Source of the DNA: Deferrisomatales bacterium
GTDB lineage: Bacteria > Desulfobacterota > Deferrisomatia > Deferrisomatales > JACRMM01
DNA length: 64,000 bases
Direction of reading: 5' to 3'
NCBI GenBank assembly: GCA_033551855.1
Contig: JAWSUI010000001.1
Span: 96,001-160,000, forward strand
This document shows positions 12,733 to 23,020 of this stretch, piece after piece. The position numbers were made by a program, and so were the translations under genes. Position 1 is the first letter of the stretch. Each line of letters opens with the position of its first letter. A model generated the notes under the pieces. The model worked only from the letters and a program-made list of their open reading frames with translations, was not told the origin of the DNA and ran no database searches.

Positions 12733-14049
12733 GTGTCTGGAAAGCGAGCGGTAGTCGCGCTGATCGCAGCGCTTCTGGCCTTTGGCTACGTCTTCACCAT
12801 GAACCCGGGATCCGTGGAGTTCCGGATCTATCCCGGAGCCACGGTGAACACGAGCCTCGCTCTGGTCCTGTTTTTCTTCTTCCTGGGGGGCTTCGGTCTG
12901 GCGGTGTTCGCCACTGCGTTCAAGGAGGCCCTGCGGTCGTTCCAGTTCTGGCTGCACCGCCGGGGTGACCAGCGGCGGGAAGCCGCCCACCGCCTCGTCC
13001 TGCAGGGCAGGGGGAGCGCCCTCCTGGGGCGGACCGCCGCCGCCCGCAAGCTGCTCCGCAAGGCATACCGGAAGTCGCGGGAGGCCCCGGTGGCCCTGGA
13101 GGTGGCGCGTGCCGAGCTGGGGGACGGCAAGGTTTCCCTGGCGGAGCGCCGTCTCAGGGCCCTTCTCGAGGACGATCCCCGCAACCCCGAGGTCCTGGCT
13201 CTGCTGCTCGATGTGTACCGGGGGCGGAAGGACTTCGAAGGACAGGTGGCCGCCTTGGGCCGCTGGCTGGAGGTCGAGCCGGACCACCTGGCCGCCCTCC
13301 AGTCCCTTCGAACCCTCTATCGGGACGCCGGGAACTGGTCGGAGGCAGCCCGGGTGCAGGAGCGGGTCGTGGCGCGCACCGAGGCGCGCCAGGCCCGCGC
13401 GGCCGAGCGGCGTGTTCTGAGCGAGCTGCGCTGGCGGCAGGCCGGGAACCTACCGGCGGTTCCGGCGCGGCGGCTCCTGGAGCGGGTGGTGGCCGATGAC
13501 GAGGGGTTCGCGCCGGCCCATGCGGCCCTGGGGGAGCGGTGGCTCGCGGCCGATGACGTCCCCGCGGCGGTGCGGGCGTGGGTGCGGGGCTACGAGGCGA
13601 CGGGCCAGGCGGGCCTCCTGCTGCGCGCCGAGGAGGTCTTGTTGGAAGCAGGACGGACCGACGAGATCCTCAAGCTGTACCGGAAGCTGGGAAAGCGGGG
13701 GGGCGCCGCCTTCCTGCTGCGGGTGCGTCTGCTCCTGGATCTGGAGCGATCCCAGGAGGCCCTCCAGGTGATCGAGGGCGAAAGAGCCGCGGGTGGGGCG
13801 GGACGCGCCGAGAAGCTCCTCCTGGGGGAGGCGCTGTATCGACTCGGGTCCTATGACCAGGCGGTGCGGGCGTTTCGGGAGGGGGCTCTCGGAGCGGACG
13901 GGCCGATGCCGATCTCGTTCATCTGCTCGGGGTGCGGCCACGCCTCCCCGCGCTGGGGCGCGCTGTGCGCGGCCTGCGGCCGCACCGACACGCTCGAGCT
14001 CGAGTGGGGAGCTGTGCCTTCCCGAGCGGCTCTTCCCGAGCCGGCCTAG
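12733..14049 (+). CDS. LapA-domain/TPR/rubredoxin-like protein (LapA-LapB fusion-like)
   Basis: Two N-terminal TM segments with an NPGSV loop, TPR-like helices, C-terminal CSGC...WGALCAAC. Confidence 0.75.
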   Translation: MSGKRAVVALIAALLAFGYVFTMNPGSVEFRIYPGATVNTSLALVLFFFFLGGFGLAVFATAFKEALRSFQFWLHRRGDQRREAAHRLVLQGRGSALLGRTAAARKLLRKAYRKSREAPVALEVARAELGDGKVSLAERRLRALLEDDPRNPEVLALLLDVYRGRKDFEGQVAALGRWLEVEPDHLAALQSLRTLYRDAGNWSEAARVQERVVARTEARQARAAERRVLSELRWRQAGNLPAVPARRLLERVVADDEGFAPAHAALGERWLAADDVPAAVRAWVRGYEATGQAGLLLRAEEVLLEAGRTDEILKLYRKLGKRGGAAFLLRVRLLLDLERSQEALQVIEGERAAGGAGRAEKLLLGEALYRLGSYDQAVRAFREGALGADGPMPISFICSGCGHASPRWGALCAACGRTDTLELEWGAVPSRAALPEPA

Positions 14050-14053
14050 GAAA

Positions 14054-14262
14054 GGCTCACCCGGGACGACGGCCGCGTCGGCCTGTCCACGCCGGCGAGA
14101 GATGCCGGACCACCAACGTCGCCCGTGGGCCGGGGCCGGCCGGAACGCCCAACGGAAACGCGGGTCCCGACGGTCTGCCGGAAACGAACGGCCGCCCGCG
14201 TGCGCGGCCTGACGTACCCGGGCGTCCGCGGGGAGCCGGCCCCGGTCATTCCCTGGAAGACC
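14054..14262 (+). mobile_element. Degenerate 209-bp MITE, family 1, copy E
   Basis: Same length; ends GGCTCACCCGG...CCGGTCATTCCCTGGAAGACC; internal blocks align to copies A-D. Confidence 0.65.
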
Positions 14263-14279
14263 TGCAGAGGAGGGGGCCC

Positions 14280-15821
14280 GTGCGACGCGCGGCACTGATC
14301 ATCCTGGACGGCTGGGGAGAGCGGGAGGCGTTGGAGTTCAACGCGGTGCGGCAGGCCCGGACTCCCCGCCTGGCAGCGCTGCTCCAGAGCTTTCCCTCCG
14401 CCACCCTTGGGGCGGGCGGCCTCGCCGTGGGTCTCCCGGAAGGTCAGATGGGCAATTCCGAGGTCGGGCACCTCAACCTGGGCGCCGGCCGGGTCGTGTA
14501 CCAGGACTACACGCGCATCAATCTGGCAGTGGAGGACGGCTCGTTTTTCGCCAACCCGGTCTTGACCCGGACCTGCGATCTCGTGGGGGGGGCCGGGGGG
14601 GCGCTGCACCTGTTGGGGCTGGTCTCGGACGGAGGCGTGCACAGCCACCAGAACCACCTCCACGCCCTCGTGGAGCTGGCGGCCGGCCGTGGGGTGGAGC
14701 GGGTCTTCGTCCACGCGTTCCTGGACGGCCGGGACACGCCGCCCCAGAGCGGGTGGCGGTATCTGGAGGCCCTCGAAGAGCTCTTGGGCCGCGTCGGCGT
14801 GGGGCAGGTCGCAACCCTCTGCGGGCGCTACTACGCCATGGACCGAGACACCCGCTGGGATCGGGTGGAGAAGGCGTTCCGAGCCCTGTGTCGGGGCGAA
14901 GGAGTGCCGGCACGCTCCTCGGCCGAGGCCGTGCGGAGCGCGTACGACGAGGGCCAGACCGACGAGTTCGTCGTGCCCCGGGTGGTGCTGGACGGGGACG
15001 GTCGCCCCGTGGGCCCCGTGGGGGACGGCGATGGGGTGATCTTCTTCAACTTCCGGGCAGACCGGGCCCGGGAGCTCACGAGGGCCTTCACGGAGCCGGG
15101 CTTCGAGGCCTTCGACGTGACCGGGCGGCCGGCGCTCCGCTCCTACGTGACCTTCACGGAGTACGACGAGACCTTCGGGCTTCCCGTGGCGTTCCCGCCG
15201 GAGCGCCTGACGCATCTGCTCGGGGCCTTGGTTTCGGACGCCGGTCTTCGCCAGCTCCGCATCGCCGAGACCGAGAAGTACGCGCACGTGACGTTCTTCT
15301 TCAACGGCGGCGAGGAAGAGCCCTTCCCCGGGGAGGAGCGCATCCTCGTGCCGAGCCCGCGGGACGTGACCACCTACGACCAGAGGCCGGAAATGAGCGC
15401 GTTCCAGGTGCGGGACCGGCTGGTGGCGGAGATCCACCGGGGGGTCCACGATCTGATCGTCGCGAATTTCGCCAATCTCGACATGGTGGGCCACACCGGG
15501 ATCCTCGAGGCCGCCGTGCGGGCGGTCGAGGCCGTGGACACCTGTGTCGGGGACGTGGTGGACGCCCTCCGGGCAGCGGGGTACGCTGCCGCGGTCACGG
15601 CGGACCACGGCAATGCGGAGCAGATGTGGGACCCGGGAAGCTCCCAGGCACACACCGCCCATACCACGAACCGGGTACCCTTCGTCCTGGTGGACGAGGG
15701 GCGCCGGTCGTTGCGGCTTCGGCCGGACGGGATCCTGGCGGATGTTGCGCCGACCCTGCTCCAGGTGATGGGGCTGGCCCAACCGCCGGAGATGACCGGC
15801 AGGAGCCTCCTGCCCGGCTAG
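14280..15821 (+). CDS. gpmI: 2,3-BPG-independent phosphoglycerate mutase
   Basis: [43 protein letters not shown]. Confidence 0.97.
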   Translation: MRRAALIILDGWGEREALEFNAVRQARTPRLAALLQSFPSATLGAGGLAVGLPEGQMGNSEVGHLNLGAGRVVYQDYTRINLAVEDGSFFANPVLTRTCDLVGGAGGALHLLGLVSDGGVHSHQNHLHALVELAAGRGVERVFVHAFLDGRDTPPQSGWRYLEALEELLGRVGVGQVATLCGRYYAMDRDTRWDRVEKAFRALCRGEGVPARSSAEAVRSAYDEGQTDEFVVPRVVLDGDGRPVGPVGDGDGVIFFNFRADRARELTRAFTEPGFEAFDVTGRPALRSYVTFTEYDETFGLPVAFPPERLTHLLGALVSDAGLRQLRIAETEKYAHVTFFFNGGEEEPFPGEERILVPSPRDVTTYDQRPEMSAFQVRDRLVAEIHRGVHDLIVANFANLDMVGHTGILEAAVRAVEAVDTCVGDVVDALRAAGYAAAVTADHGNAEQMWDPGSSQAHTAHTTNRVPFVLVDEGRRSLRLRPDGILADVAPTLLQVMGLAQPPEMTGRSLLPG

Positions 15822-16573
15822 GGCTTCGCTCCGGTCTCCTCGGGCTCCTCCACCTGCTCCTGCCCGCCGTGTGCCCCGCCTGCCGGCGGCGGGAACCGGG
15901 GGAGGCCGCCCAGCCGTTTTGCGGTGACTGCCGAGACCGCCTCGAGCCCCTGCGCGAGCCGTTTTGCCCCGTCTGTGCGCTCCCCTTCCCGGGGCAGGGC
16001 CCCTCCCACCCCTGCCCTCGCTGCCTCGAGGATCCGCCAGCTTTCCGAGAGCTGCGGGCCTGGGGAGTCTATCGAGGTCTCTTGCTGGAGACGCTGCGAC
16101 GCTGGAAGTTCGGCGGAGACCCCTGCCTGCGAAGGGGCATGGGCGATCTGGCCGTGGAGGCGCTGCACCGGTTCTGGCCGCGGGAGCACTTCGACGCGGT
16201 GGTGCCGGTGCCCTGTCATGCAGCGACCCTGCGGCGGCGGGGCTTCGACCTGCCCGCGTTCCTCGCGCGAGGTGTGGCGGGGGCAGCCGGTGTGCCGTGG
16301 CGCCCCTTGGCCCTGCAAAAGGCCCAGGCGATACCCGAGCTGGTGGGGCTGGACGTCCGCCAGCGGGTTGCGGCGGTGCGAAGCGCGTACCGGCCCCGGC
16401 AGGGCCTGGAGGGGTCCGTCCTGCTGGTGGACGACGTGGTCACCTCCACGGTCACGGCCAGGGCCTGCGCCCGCGCGTGCCAGGAGGCCGGCGCCGGGCA
16501 GGTGCGGGTGCTGTCCCTGGTGCGGACCCCATTGGAAGGCGCCGGGCGGGGAGGGTTCGCGGGTGGGTGGTAG
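15818..16573 (+). CDS. comF: ComF family protein (zinc ribbon plus PRTase); start codon uncertain
   Basis: [34 protein letters not shown]; first canonical start is GTG 15869. Confidence 0.85.
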   Translation, partial: LGLRSGLLGLLHLLLPAVCPACRRREPGEAAQPFCGDCRDRLEPLREPFCPVCALPFPGQGPSHPCPRCLEDPPAFRELRAWGVYRGLLLETLRRWKFGGDPCLRRGMGDLAVEALHRFWPREHFDAVVPVPCHAATLRRRGFDLPAFLARGVAGAAGVPWRPLALQKAQAIPELVGLDVRQRVAAVRSAYRPRQGLEGSVLLVDDVVTSTVTARACARACQEAGAGQVRVLSLVRTPLEGAGRGGFAGGW

Positions 16574-16806
16574 GAAGGCCCATTCCGCAAGTGCGCCGGC
16601 ACACGAGCGCCGCCGCCTCAGCCGCGGTACCTGCCGGGGGAAGGCTGCCCGGCTTTTCTCCCAGCCAGGTGCCACCGCGGCGCACCGACGCTCTCGGTGC
16701 GTCACCGGATCTGGCGACCATTCCACTTAGCGCTGGCCGACCTCCCGACCCTGTGGTACAAGCGAGGCACTTCTTGGCCCGGCCACCGAGGACTAGGGGA
16801 GGGACC

Positions 16807-17781
16807 ATGACTCCGAGTCAAGACAGCCTGACCATCTGGTGGCGCAACCGGACGACCGGAGAGAGGAGCCGCCTGAGCCTCTCCCGGCGGGGGACTCTTT
16901 TCGCAGGGGGTCTGTGTCTGGCGGCGTTCGCCGCGGCGTGGGTCCTCGGGGCCGTGTCGCTGCGGCTCCACCAGGAAAACGCCCTCCTCCACGCCCGGCT
17001 GGGAGCCGTGGAGGAGCTCGCGCGGGGACTCCGGGACGCCGAGATGGAGATCGCGGCGGCACGGGACGGCCTGGAGCAGGTGCGGGCCGAGGAGGCGAGA
17101 ATCCGGAAGTGGCTCGGCCTGGATGGGGAAGGCGGGGCCGGGCGGCGAACGGCCGACGGGGCCGAGGCGGAGGGGGGGCAGGGTAGCCTGGGGGACGTGG
17201 ATCTGGCGGTGGTGGCGCCGGAGGAGCTCGCGACGGTTGCCGTGGAGGAGGGGCTCCCGGGGGAGGGTCTGGGGTACGCGGCCTGGGCCCTGGCCTCCGA
17301 CCTGGCGGATCTGGCGTCCCGCCTCCACGAGCGGAAGCGCCAATGGGACGCGCTTCCCTCCCTGACCCCGGTGGATGGGGAGCACTGGGTCAGCTCGGCG
17401 TTCGGGTGGCGTCGAAGCCCCTTCACAGGGGAACGGGAGTTCCACTCGGGGGTGGACTTTGCCGGCGCCCGGGGGACCCCCATCGTCGCCGCGGGGGACG
17501 GGACGGTGGTGCGCACGGTCAACGACGCCCGCCTGGGAAAGGCGGTCACCATCGACCACGGGAACGGCATGGAGACAGTGTATGGCCACTTGGACCGCAT
17601 CTTGGTGCGGCGGGACGACACCGTCTCCCGGGGGCAGGTGATCGGGAAGCTGGGCAGCACGGGCCTTCGGTCCACCGGCCCCCATCTGCACTACTCGGTG
17701 CGGGTGGGGGGAAAGTACGTCAACCCGCGAAACTACCTCTTCGACGCGGGCCTGTTCCCCTACCCTGTCGCCGGAAGGTGA
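16807..17781 (+). CDS. M23 family peptidase with TM segment and coiled coil
   Basis: HSGVD, YGHL, STGPHLHY. Confidence 0.92.
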   Translation: MTPSQDSLTIWWRNRTTGERSRLSLSRRGTLFAGGLCLAAFAAAWVLGAVSLRLHQENALLHARLGAVEELARGLRDAEMEIAAARDGLEQVRAEEARIRKWLGLDGEGGAGRRTADGAEAEGGQGSLGDVDLAVVAPEELATVAVEEGLPGEGLGYAAWALASDLADLASRLHERKRQWDALPSLTPVDGEHWVSSAFGWRRSPFTGEREFHSGVDFAGARGTPIVAAGDGTVVRTVNDARLGKAVTIDHGNGMETVYGHLDRILVRRDDTVSRGQVIGKLGSTGLRSTGPHLHYSVRVGGKYVNPRNYLFDAGLFPYPVAGR

Positions 17782-17818
17782 CCCGCGGCCCGCGGTGGGC
17801 CACCACCCCGCACTTCCC

Positions 17819-18805
17819 CTACCCCCCGATGCGATTCATCGCGAGATCGTCTGTGGGCGGGGTCCACCCGAGGCGGTGGGCCTCGGGCTTGTGGGCGACC
17901 ACGTCCCGGACCGCCGAGGCGAGGGCCCGGTCGTCTGCACCGGCCCGTAGCAGCTCTCGCAGGTCGGTCTCGTCTCGGGAGAAGAGGCAACCGCGAAGGC
18001 TTCCGGACGCCGTGAGCCGCAGGCGGTTGCACCCGCCGCAGAAGTGCTCGCTCAGGGGGCTGATCACGCCGATGCGCCCACCCCGGGGCAGCAGGAAGAC
18101 CCTGCAAGGACCCGACAGGCTGTCCGGAACGCTGGGGGCGAGTGGGTAGCGCGTGCGCAGGGTCGCGAGGATCTCCGCGGCTGACAGGACCCGGTCGGCG
18201 TCCCAATATTCGCGGGATGCCGGCATGAGCTCGATGAACCGGACCTCATAGCCCCCCTCTTCGGCGAAGGCGGCGAAGTCGAGGATTTCCCCGTCGTTGA
18301 CCCCCCGCTGGGCGACCACGTTGATCTTCACGGGGCTGAGGCCCGCACGGCGCGCGGCGTCGATTCCCGCGAGAACCCTCTCGAGGCCCGGCCGGCGGGT
18401 GATCACCGCGAACACCTCGGGCCGCAGGGTGTCGAGGCTGACGTTGACGCGGCGAAGGCCCGCCTGTCGCAACGCTGAGGCCAATTCCCCCAGGAGCAGC
18501 CCGTTCGTGGTGAGGGAGAGGTCCTCCACGCCGGGAATGCGCGCGAGCTCCCGAACGAAACCGAGCAGCCCTCGGCGCACCAGAGGCTCCCCCCCCGTGA
18601 CCCGCACCTTGCGGATCCCCTCCGCCACGGCAACCCGCACGACCCGGAGCATCTCCTCGTAGGACAGGATCGCCCCGTGCTCCAGGGGGGCCACGCCTTC
18701 CGGGGGCATGCAGTAGGTGCAGCGCAGGTTGCAGCGGTCGGTGACCGAGAGGCGCAGATAGTTGATCGTGCGCCGAAAGCCGTCGCGCAGAGAGGGGCTC
18801 GTCAT
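17819..18805 (-). CDS. moaA: GTP 3',8-cyclase MoaA
   Basis: CNLRCTYC, FCGGCNRLRLT, C-terminal IGG. Confidence 0.97.
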   Translation of the reverse strand: MTSPSLRDGFRRTINYLRLSVTDRCNLRCTYCMPPEGVAPLEHGAILSYEEMLRVVRVAVAEGIRKVRVTGGEPLVRRGLLGFVRELARIPGVEDLSLTTNGLLLGELASALRQAGLRRVNVSLDTLRPEVFAVITRRPGLERVLAGIDAARRAGLSPVKINVVAQRGVNDGEILDFAAFAEEGGYEVRFIELMPASREYWDADRVLSAAEILATLRTRYPLAPSVPDSLSGPCRVFLLPRGGRIGVISPLSEHFCGGCNRLRLTASGSLRGCLFSRDETDLRELLRAGADDRALASAVRDVVAHKPEAHRLGWTPPTDDLAMNRIGG

Positions 18806-21096
18806 CGCAAGACGTCCAGGGACCGCGGGTCGGAAGGATCGAAGGGAAGGCTCGACGGCGCGGCCTCCCCGCGGGGAGGCGGGGGAGGGACCGAGCCCCT
18901 GACGAAGGCGGCGGTGAAGCTCTTGGAGGTGGACGGGCCCGCGAGGAACCCGGTTTCTGCATCGACGCGGGCGAACTCCACCCCCTCCGGGACGCCGAAT
19001 TCAGCAGGGGCCCTTCCCGCGACGGCGGCCCGCATGAAGTCCAGCCAGATCGGGGCCGCAGCGCGCCCGCCCGTCTCTCCCCGCCCGAGGCTCCGGCTGT
19101 CGTCGTAGCCGATCCACACCGCCGTGACCAGGTCGGGGGTGTAACCGAGGAACCAGGCGTCCCGGTTGTCGTTGGTGGTCCCGGTCTTGCCCGCGGCCGG
19201 GCGCGGGAGCCCTCGGGCCTGGCGGCCCGTGCCCTCTTGGATGACGGCCTGCATCATGTGGGTGAGGACATAGGCGGTTTCCGGCCGCAGGGTCCGTTCC
19301 CCTTCGGGGGGGGAGAAGGACTCCAAGGGTGTCCCGTCGCGGTCCTCGACCCGAAGGAGGAAGGTCGGCTCCCGACGAATTCCCCCCGTGGCGAAGGCCC
19401 CGTACACCGAGGCGAGCTCCAAGGGGGTAACCGTCGATGCCCCCAGGGCCAGAGAGAGGTCGGGACTGATGGGGCTGCGGATGCCGAGGCGCTGGAGGAA
19501 GGAGACCGCGTAAGGGACCCCGATGTCCCGCAGCACCTTCACGGTCACCACGTTGCGCGAGTGCACCAGGGCCTCCCGCAGGGTGGTCGCCCCGTAGAAG
19601 GCCTCGGTGTAGTTGCGAGGCTTCCACTTGTCCTCGCGATCGGGAGAGTCGTAGACGACAGGAGCGTCGTAGACGAGGGTCGATGGGCCGAACCCCCTCT
19701 CCACCGCGGCGGCGTAGATGAGCGGCTTGATCGCGGAGCCGGCTTGGCGCTGGGCCTGGAGGGCACGGTTGAATTGGCTCTTGGAGAAATCGTATCCCCC
19801 GATGCAGGCCAGGACCTCTCCGGTGCGCGGGTCGAGGGCCACGAGCGCCCCGTCGACCTCCGGCTCCTGTGCCAGGCGAGCAGACAGGGCGCCGTGGGCC
19901 GATACCTCGAGGTCGCACAGGACGACGTCTCCGGGGCGGAGCACCTCCGGGGGGGTTCGGCCGCGGGGAAGGGCCCAGGACATGGCGTCGGCCGGGAGCG
20001 GAATCTCCTCCCCCCCGACCAGGACCGTTGCGCCGGAGGGGTTGACCCGGCGGACCAGAGCCAGGGTGCGGCCCGGGGCCGCCGGGGCGCCTCCTTCGGC
20101 GAAGGGTCCCTCGGCGGGGGGTTCCAGACGGTCGAAGGGGCCGCGATACCCCCGGGACCGGTCCAGGGCCTCGATCCCCTGACGCAGTGCGCGTTGGCCC
20201 GCCTCCTGAAGCCGTGCGTCCATGGAGGCGACCACCCGCAGCCCCTCGCGCTGCAGGGCCGCCGTCCCGTAGCGTGCTTCGAGCAAGCGGCGGACCTGCT
20301 CGGAGAAATGGGGGCTCCGGGTGGCGTAGGGGTTTCGGGCGCCGGAGAGCGCGAGGGGCTCGGCTGCGGCCGCCTCGGCCTCCTCGGGGGAAACCCAGCC
20401 CTCCTCCAACAGGCGGTTCAGGACGTACTGCCGGCGCTCCAGTGCCAGGTGGGGGCGCTGTTGGGGGTTGTAGCGGCTCGGCGCCTGGGGTAGTCCGGCG
20501 AGCAGAGCGGCCTGAGCCAGGTCCAGGTGCCGCGCCGACGTGCCGAAATACACCTCCGCCGCCGCCTCGACGCCGTAGGCGCCGTGGCCGAGAAAGATCT
20601 GATTGAGGTACAGCCGCAGGATCTCCGGCTTGGTGAGATTGCGCTCGATGCGGACAGCGAGGACGGCCTCGCGGATCTTGCGCCGGAAGCTTCGCTCCGG
20701 GGAAAGGAGCAGAGACTTGGCCACCTGCTGCGTGATCGTGCTGCCCCCCTGGACGATGCGCCCCTCGCGGACATTTGCCAGGGCGGCCCGGAGGATCCCA
20801 CGCCAGTCGAGGCCCTCGTGGCGGAAGAACTTGCTGTCCTCGGCGGCCAGGAAGGCGAGTACGACGTGGTCTGGCAGGTCGGCGACCTCCACCACCTTCC
20901 GGCGCTCTTCGGCGAACTCCGCCATGAGGACCCCGTCGCGGCTCCAGACGGTGGTCACCACCGGCGGGCGATAGTGGCGGAGGGAGGCGACCGGGGGCAG
21001 TCCGGAGAGCACCTGGTGGAGGGCCCAGACGCCAAGGCCTGCGGTCAGCGCTGCGACGACAGCCAGGCCCAATCCGACGCGGGCCGCGATGTGCAT
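18802..21096 (-). CDS. mrcA: Penicillin-binding protein 1A
   Basis: Transglycosylase motifs AEDSKF and GGSTITQQ; transpeptidase motifs SAIK, SRN, KTG. Confidence 0.93.
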   Translation of the reverse strand: MHIAARVGLGLAVVAALTAGLGVWALHQVLSGLPPVASLRHYRPPVVTTVWSRDGVLMAEFAEERRKVVEVADLPDHVVLAFLAAEDSKFFRHEGLDWRGILRAALANVREGRIVQGGSTITQQVAKSLLLSPERSFRRKIREAVLAVRIERNLTKPEILRLYLNQIFLGHGAYGVEAAAEVYFGTSARHLDLAQAALLAGLPQAPSRYNPQQRPHLALERRQYVLNRLLEEGWVSPEEAEAAAAEPLALSGARNPYATRSPHFSEQVRRLLEARYGTAALQREGLRVVASMDARLQEAGQRALRQGIEALDRSRGYRGPFDRLEPPAEGPFAEGGAPAAPGRTLALVRRVNPSGATVLVGGEEIPLPADAMSWALPRGRTPPEVLRPGDVVLCDLEVSAHGALSARLAQEPEVDGALVALDPRTGEVLACIGGYDFSKSQFNRALQAQRQAGSAIKPLIYAAAVERGFGPSTLVYDAPVVYDSPDREDKWKPRNYTEAFYGATTLREALVHSRNVVTVKVLRDIGVPYAVSFLQRLGIRSPISPDLSLALGASTVTPLELASVYGAFATGGIRREPTFLLRVEDRDGTPLESFSPPEGERTLRPETAYVLTHMMQAVIQEGTGRQARGLPRPAAGKTGTTNDNRDAWFLGYTPDLVTAVWIGYDDSRSLGRGETGGRAAAPIWLDFMRAAVAGRAPAEFGVPEGVEFARVDAETGFLAGPSTSKSFTAAFVRGSVPPPPPRGEAAPSSLPFDPSDPRSLDVLR

Positions 21097-21233
21097 AGGG
21101 TTCCTATGGGGAGAGTGAGCACGGGAAGCGACGTCCGCCGGGATTCCGGCTCGTGCGTTCAGGCAAGGCAGGCTTCTGAGGGGCCAACTCTAGCACAGTA
21201 CAGCCTTCACGGACAACGGAGGGCTCCCCTCCT

Positions 21234-21440
21234 GGATTCACCGGCTGGTCAGCGAGCGGAGTCCGGGAGCCCCTGCGTTTCGCCCCGAAATCCGCGGTAA
21301 TTCGAAGAAGTGCCCCAGCAGTCCCCGGTGCGCCGGGCTTCACCCGGTTGCACCGGCCTCGTCGACTCGGTGGATGCGGTGCGGGGCTGCACTCCTGGGC
21401 TTCCGGATTCCGCCCCACCATGTGGTGGTGGATTCTGGCC
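21234..21440. repeat. Dispersed repeat family 2, copy 1 (upstream of the mrcA promoter)
   Basis: Shares GGGAGCCCCT(G/A)CGTTTCGCCCCG..ATCCGC...GTGCGCCGGGCTTCA with 61447-61620 and 24476-24895; right boundary approximate. Confidence 0.7.
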
Positions 21441-21530
21441 CCTCCGGGGCACTCCCCTCCTGCGAGGACCGGGTCCGGACGCCCCAGCGCTCCTTGCCCG
21501 GCGCGGTTTCCAGCCCTCCCTTCTATCGGC

Positions 21531-22397
21531 TCACTCCCCCAGGAGCTCGAGCTTTCGACGGGCGATGGGGGCCTGCTCGGAGCTCGGGTGCTCCCGCAGG
21601 AGCTTGCGAAGCAGGATGCGGGCGTCCACCGCGTCGCCGATCGCATCGAAGGCGAAGGCCTGTTTCAGCAGCGCGCTTGCCACCTTGTCCCCCCGGGGGA
21701 ATTTCTGCACCACCTTGTCGTATTCCAGGATGGCCTGCTCGTACTGCCCCTGATCGTAGTGTGTCTCGCCAATCCAGAACTGGGCGTTGTCGGTGAGGTT
21801 GGTGTCGGGGTGGAGGCGGATGTACTCCCGAAACCCCTCTCGGGCCTCTTCGTAGCGCCCCTCTTTGTAAGTGGTGTAAGCCCTGTCGTAAAGTGCCTGC
21901 CCCGTTGCGGCCGGGGCAGAGGGTGCGAGAGCGACGGCCGGCGGTGCGGGTGTCGCGGGGCCCGGCGTGGAGGGCACTGTGGCAGCCGGGGCCGGCCCTC
22001 GTTGCTCGAGAGCCTCGAGGCGGAGGGCGAGGTCGGCGAGTCGGGACTCGAGCACCGGGACAGGGGCAGTTGTTCCGGCAACCGGCGGGGACCGTTCGGA
22101 GGCGTCGACCCGCCCCGCCAGGGTCCGTACCTGCGCGCCGAGCTCTTCCAGCCGCTGCCCGAGATCGGCAACCCGCCGGTTGAGCTCCGGGTCGGCCCCG
22201 CCGCCGGCCTGGGGGGCCCGTGCTTCTGCGACTGCCCTCTCCAGTCGGAGAACGCGCAACTGCAGTTCTTCGATCTGGCCGCCTTGCTGGGCTACCTGTC
22301 GTTCCGCGACGGTGCAGGAGGCGAGGAGCAGGAAGGCGGGCAGGGCGGCAAGAAGTGCCGCTCTGCCCGCCACCCGGCGGCGGGGAAGAGTCGGCAT
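21531..22397 (-). CDS. cpoB: Cell division coordinator CpoB (YbgF)
   Basis: Lipoprotein-like signal, coiled coil, TPR motif NAQFWIGE; follows pal. Confidence 0.92.
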   Translation of the reverse strand: MPTLPRRRVAGRAALLAALPAFLLLASCTVAERQVAQQGGQIEELQLRVLRLERAVAEARAPQAGGGADPELNRRVADLGQRLEELGAQVRTLAGRVDASERSPPVAGTTAPVPVLESRLADLALRLEALEQRGPAPAATVPSTPGPATPAPPAVALAPSAPAATGQALYDRAYTTYKEGRYEEAREGFREYIRLHPDTNLTDNAQFWIGETHYDQGQYEQAILEYDKVVQKFPRGDKVASALLKQAFAFDAIGDAVDARILLRKLLREHPSSEQAPIARRKLELLGE

Positions 22398-22975
22398 CAG
22401 CGCTGGGTCTCCACGAACTCGGCGCGGCGGTTCAGGGCCCAGGACTCCTCATTCTGCCGAGGATCGAGGGGGACCTCCTCTCCGTAGCTCACGACATGCA
22501 TCCGGTTCGGGTCGACGCCGAGGTCCATCAGGTACTGAAAGGCGCTCTTGGCGCGGCGCTCGCCGAGCCCCAGGTTGTACTCGGTGGTGCCTCGCTCGTC
22601 GCAGTGGCCTTCGACCCGGATCTGCACGCCGGGGTTCGCCGCGAGGTAGGCGGCGTTGTGACCCAGGATCTCGCGGGCATCCGCGCGAATGACCGACTGG
22701 TCGAAGTCGAAGTGAATGCGCTGCAGGCCGGGTGAGGTCTGCTGGGCCAGGCCGCTGCCTGGTCCGGGGACCGGCGCGGGGGCGATGGCGGCGGTTTCCG
22801 GGGGAGGGGGCTCGAGGGGAGTCGCGCGGAGGGGGGCCTCCCGCACGGGCGCAGCCTCGGCGGCGGGGACGATCTCTCCCTCCTGGCGGACCTGCTTCTT
22901 GGCGCATCCCCCGAGGGTCAGGGTCACCAGAAGGGCGAGGGCAAGGGTGGCGGCGGTCAGCGACTTTCTTCTCAT
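22397..22975 (-). CDS. pal: Peptidoglycan-associated lipoprotein
   Basis: Lipobox LGGC, EGHCDERGT, YNLGLGERRA, NRRAEF. Confidence 0.96.
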   Translation of the reverse strand: MRRKSLTAATLALALLVTLTLGGCAKKQVRQEGEIVPAAEAAPVREAPLRATPLEPPPPETAAIAPAPVPGPGSGLAQQTSPGLQRIHFDFDQSVIRADAREILGHNAAYLAANPGVQIRVEGHCDERGTTEYNLGLGERRAKSAFQYLMDLGVDPNRMHVVSYGEEVPLDPRQNEESWALNRRAEFVETQR

Positions 22976-23020
22976 GGCACGGAACCTCCTGTGCGCGGCA
23001 CGTGTCCAGTGGGCATCGGG

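Noticed and set aside
21234..21360. Firm call of a c-di-AMP (ydaO) or Na+ riboswitch here and at 61447-61570
   Set aside because: Only scattered motif words match, I could not build the expected stems, the tolB copy lacks the words, and the elements lie upstream of the predicted promoters. Kept only as an alternative hypothesis.
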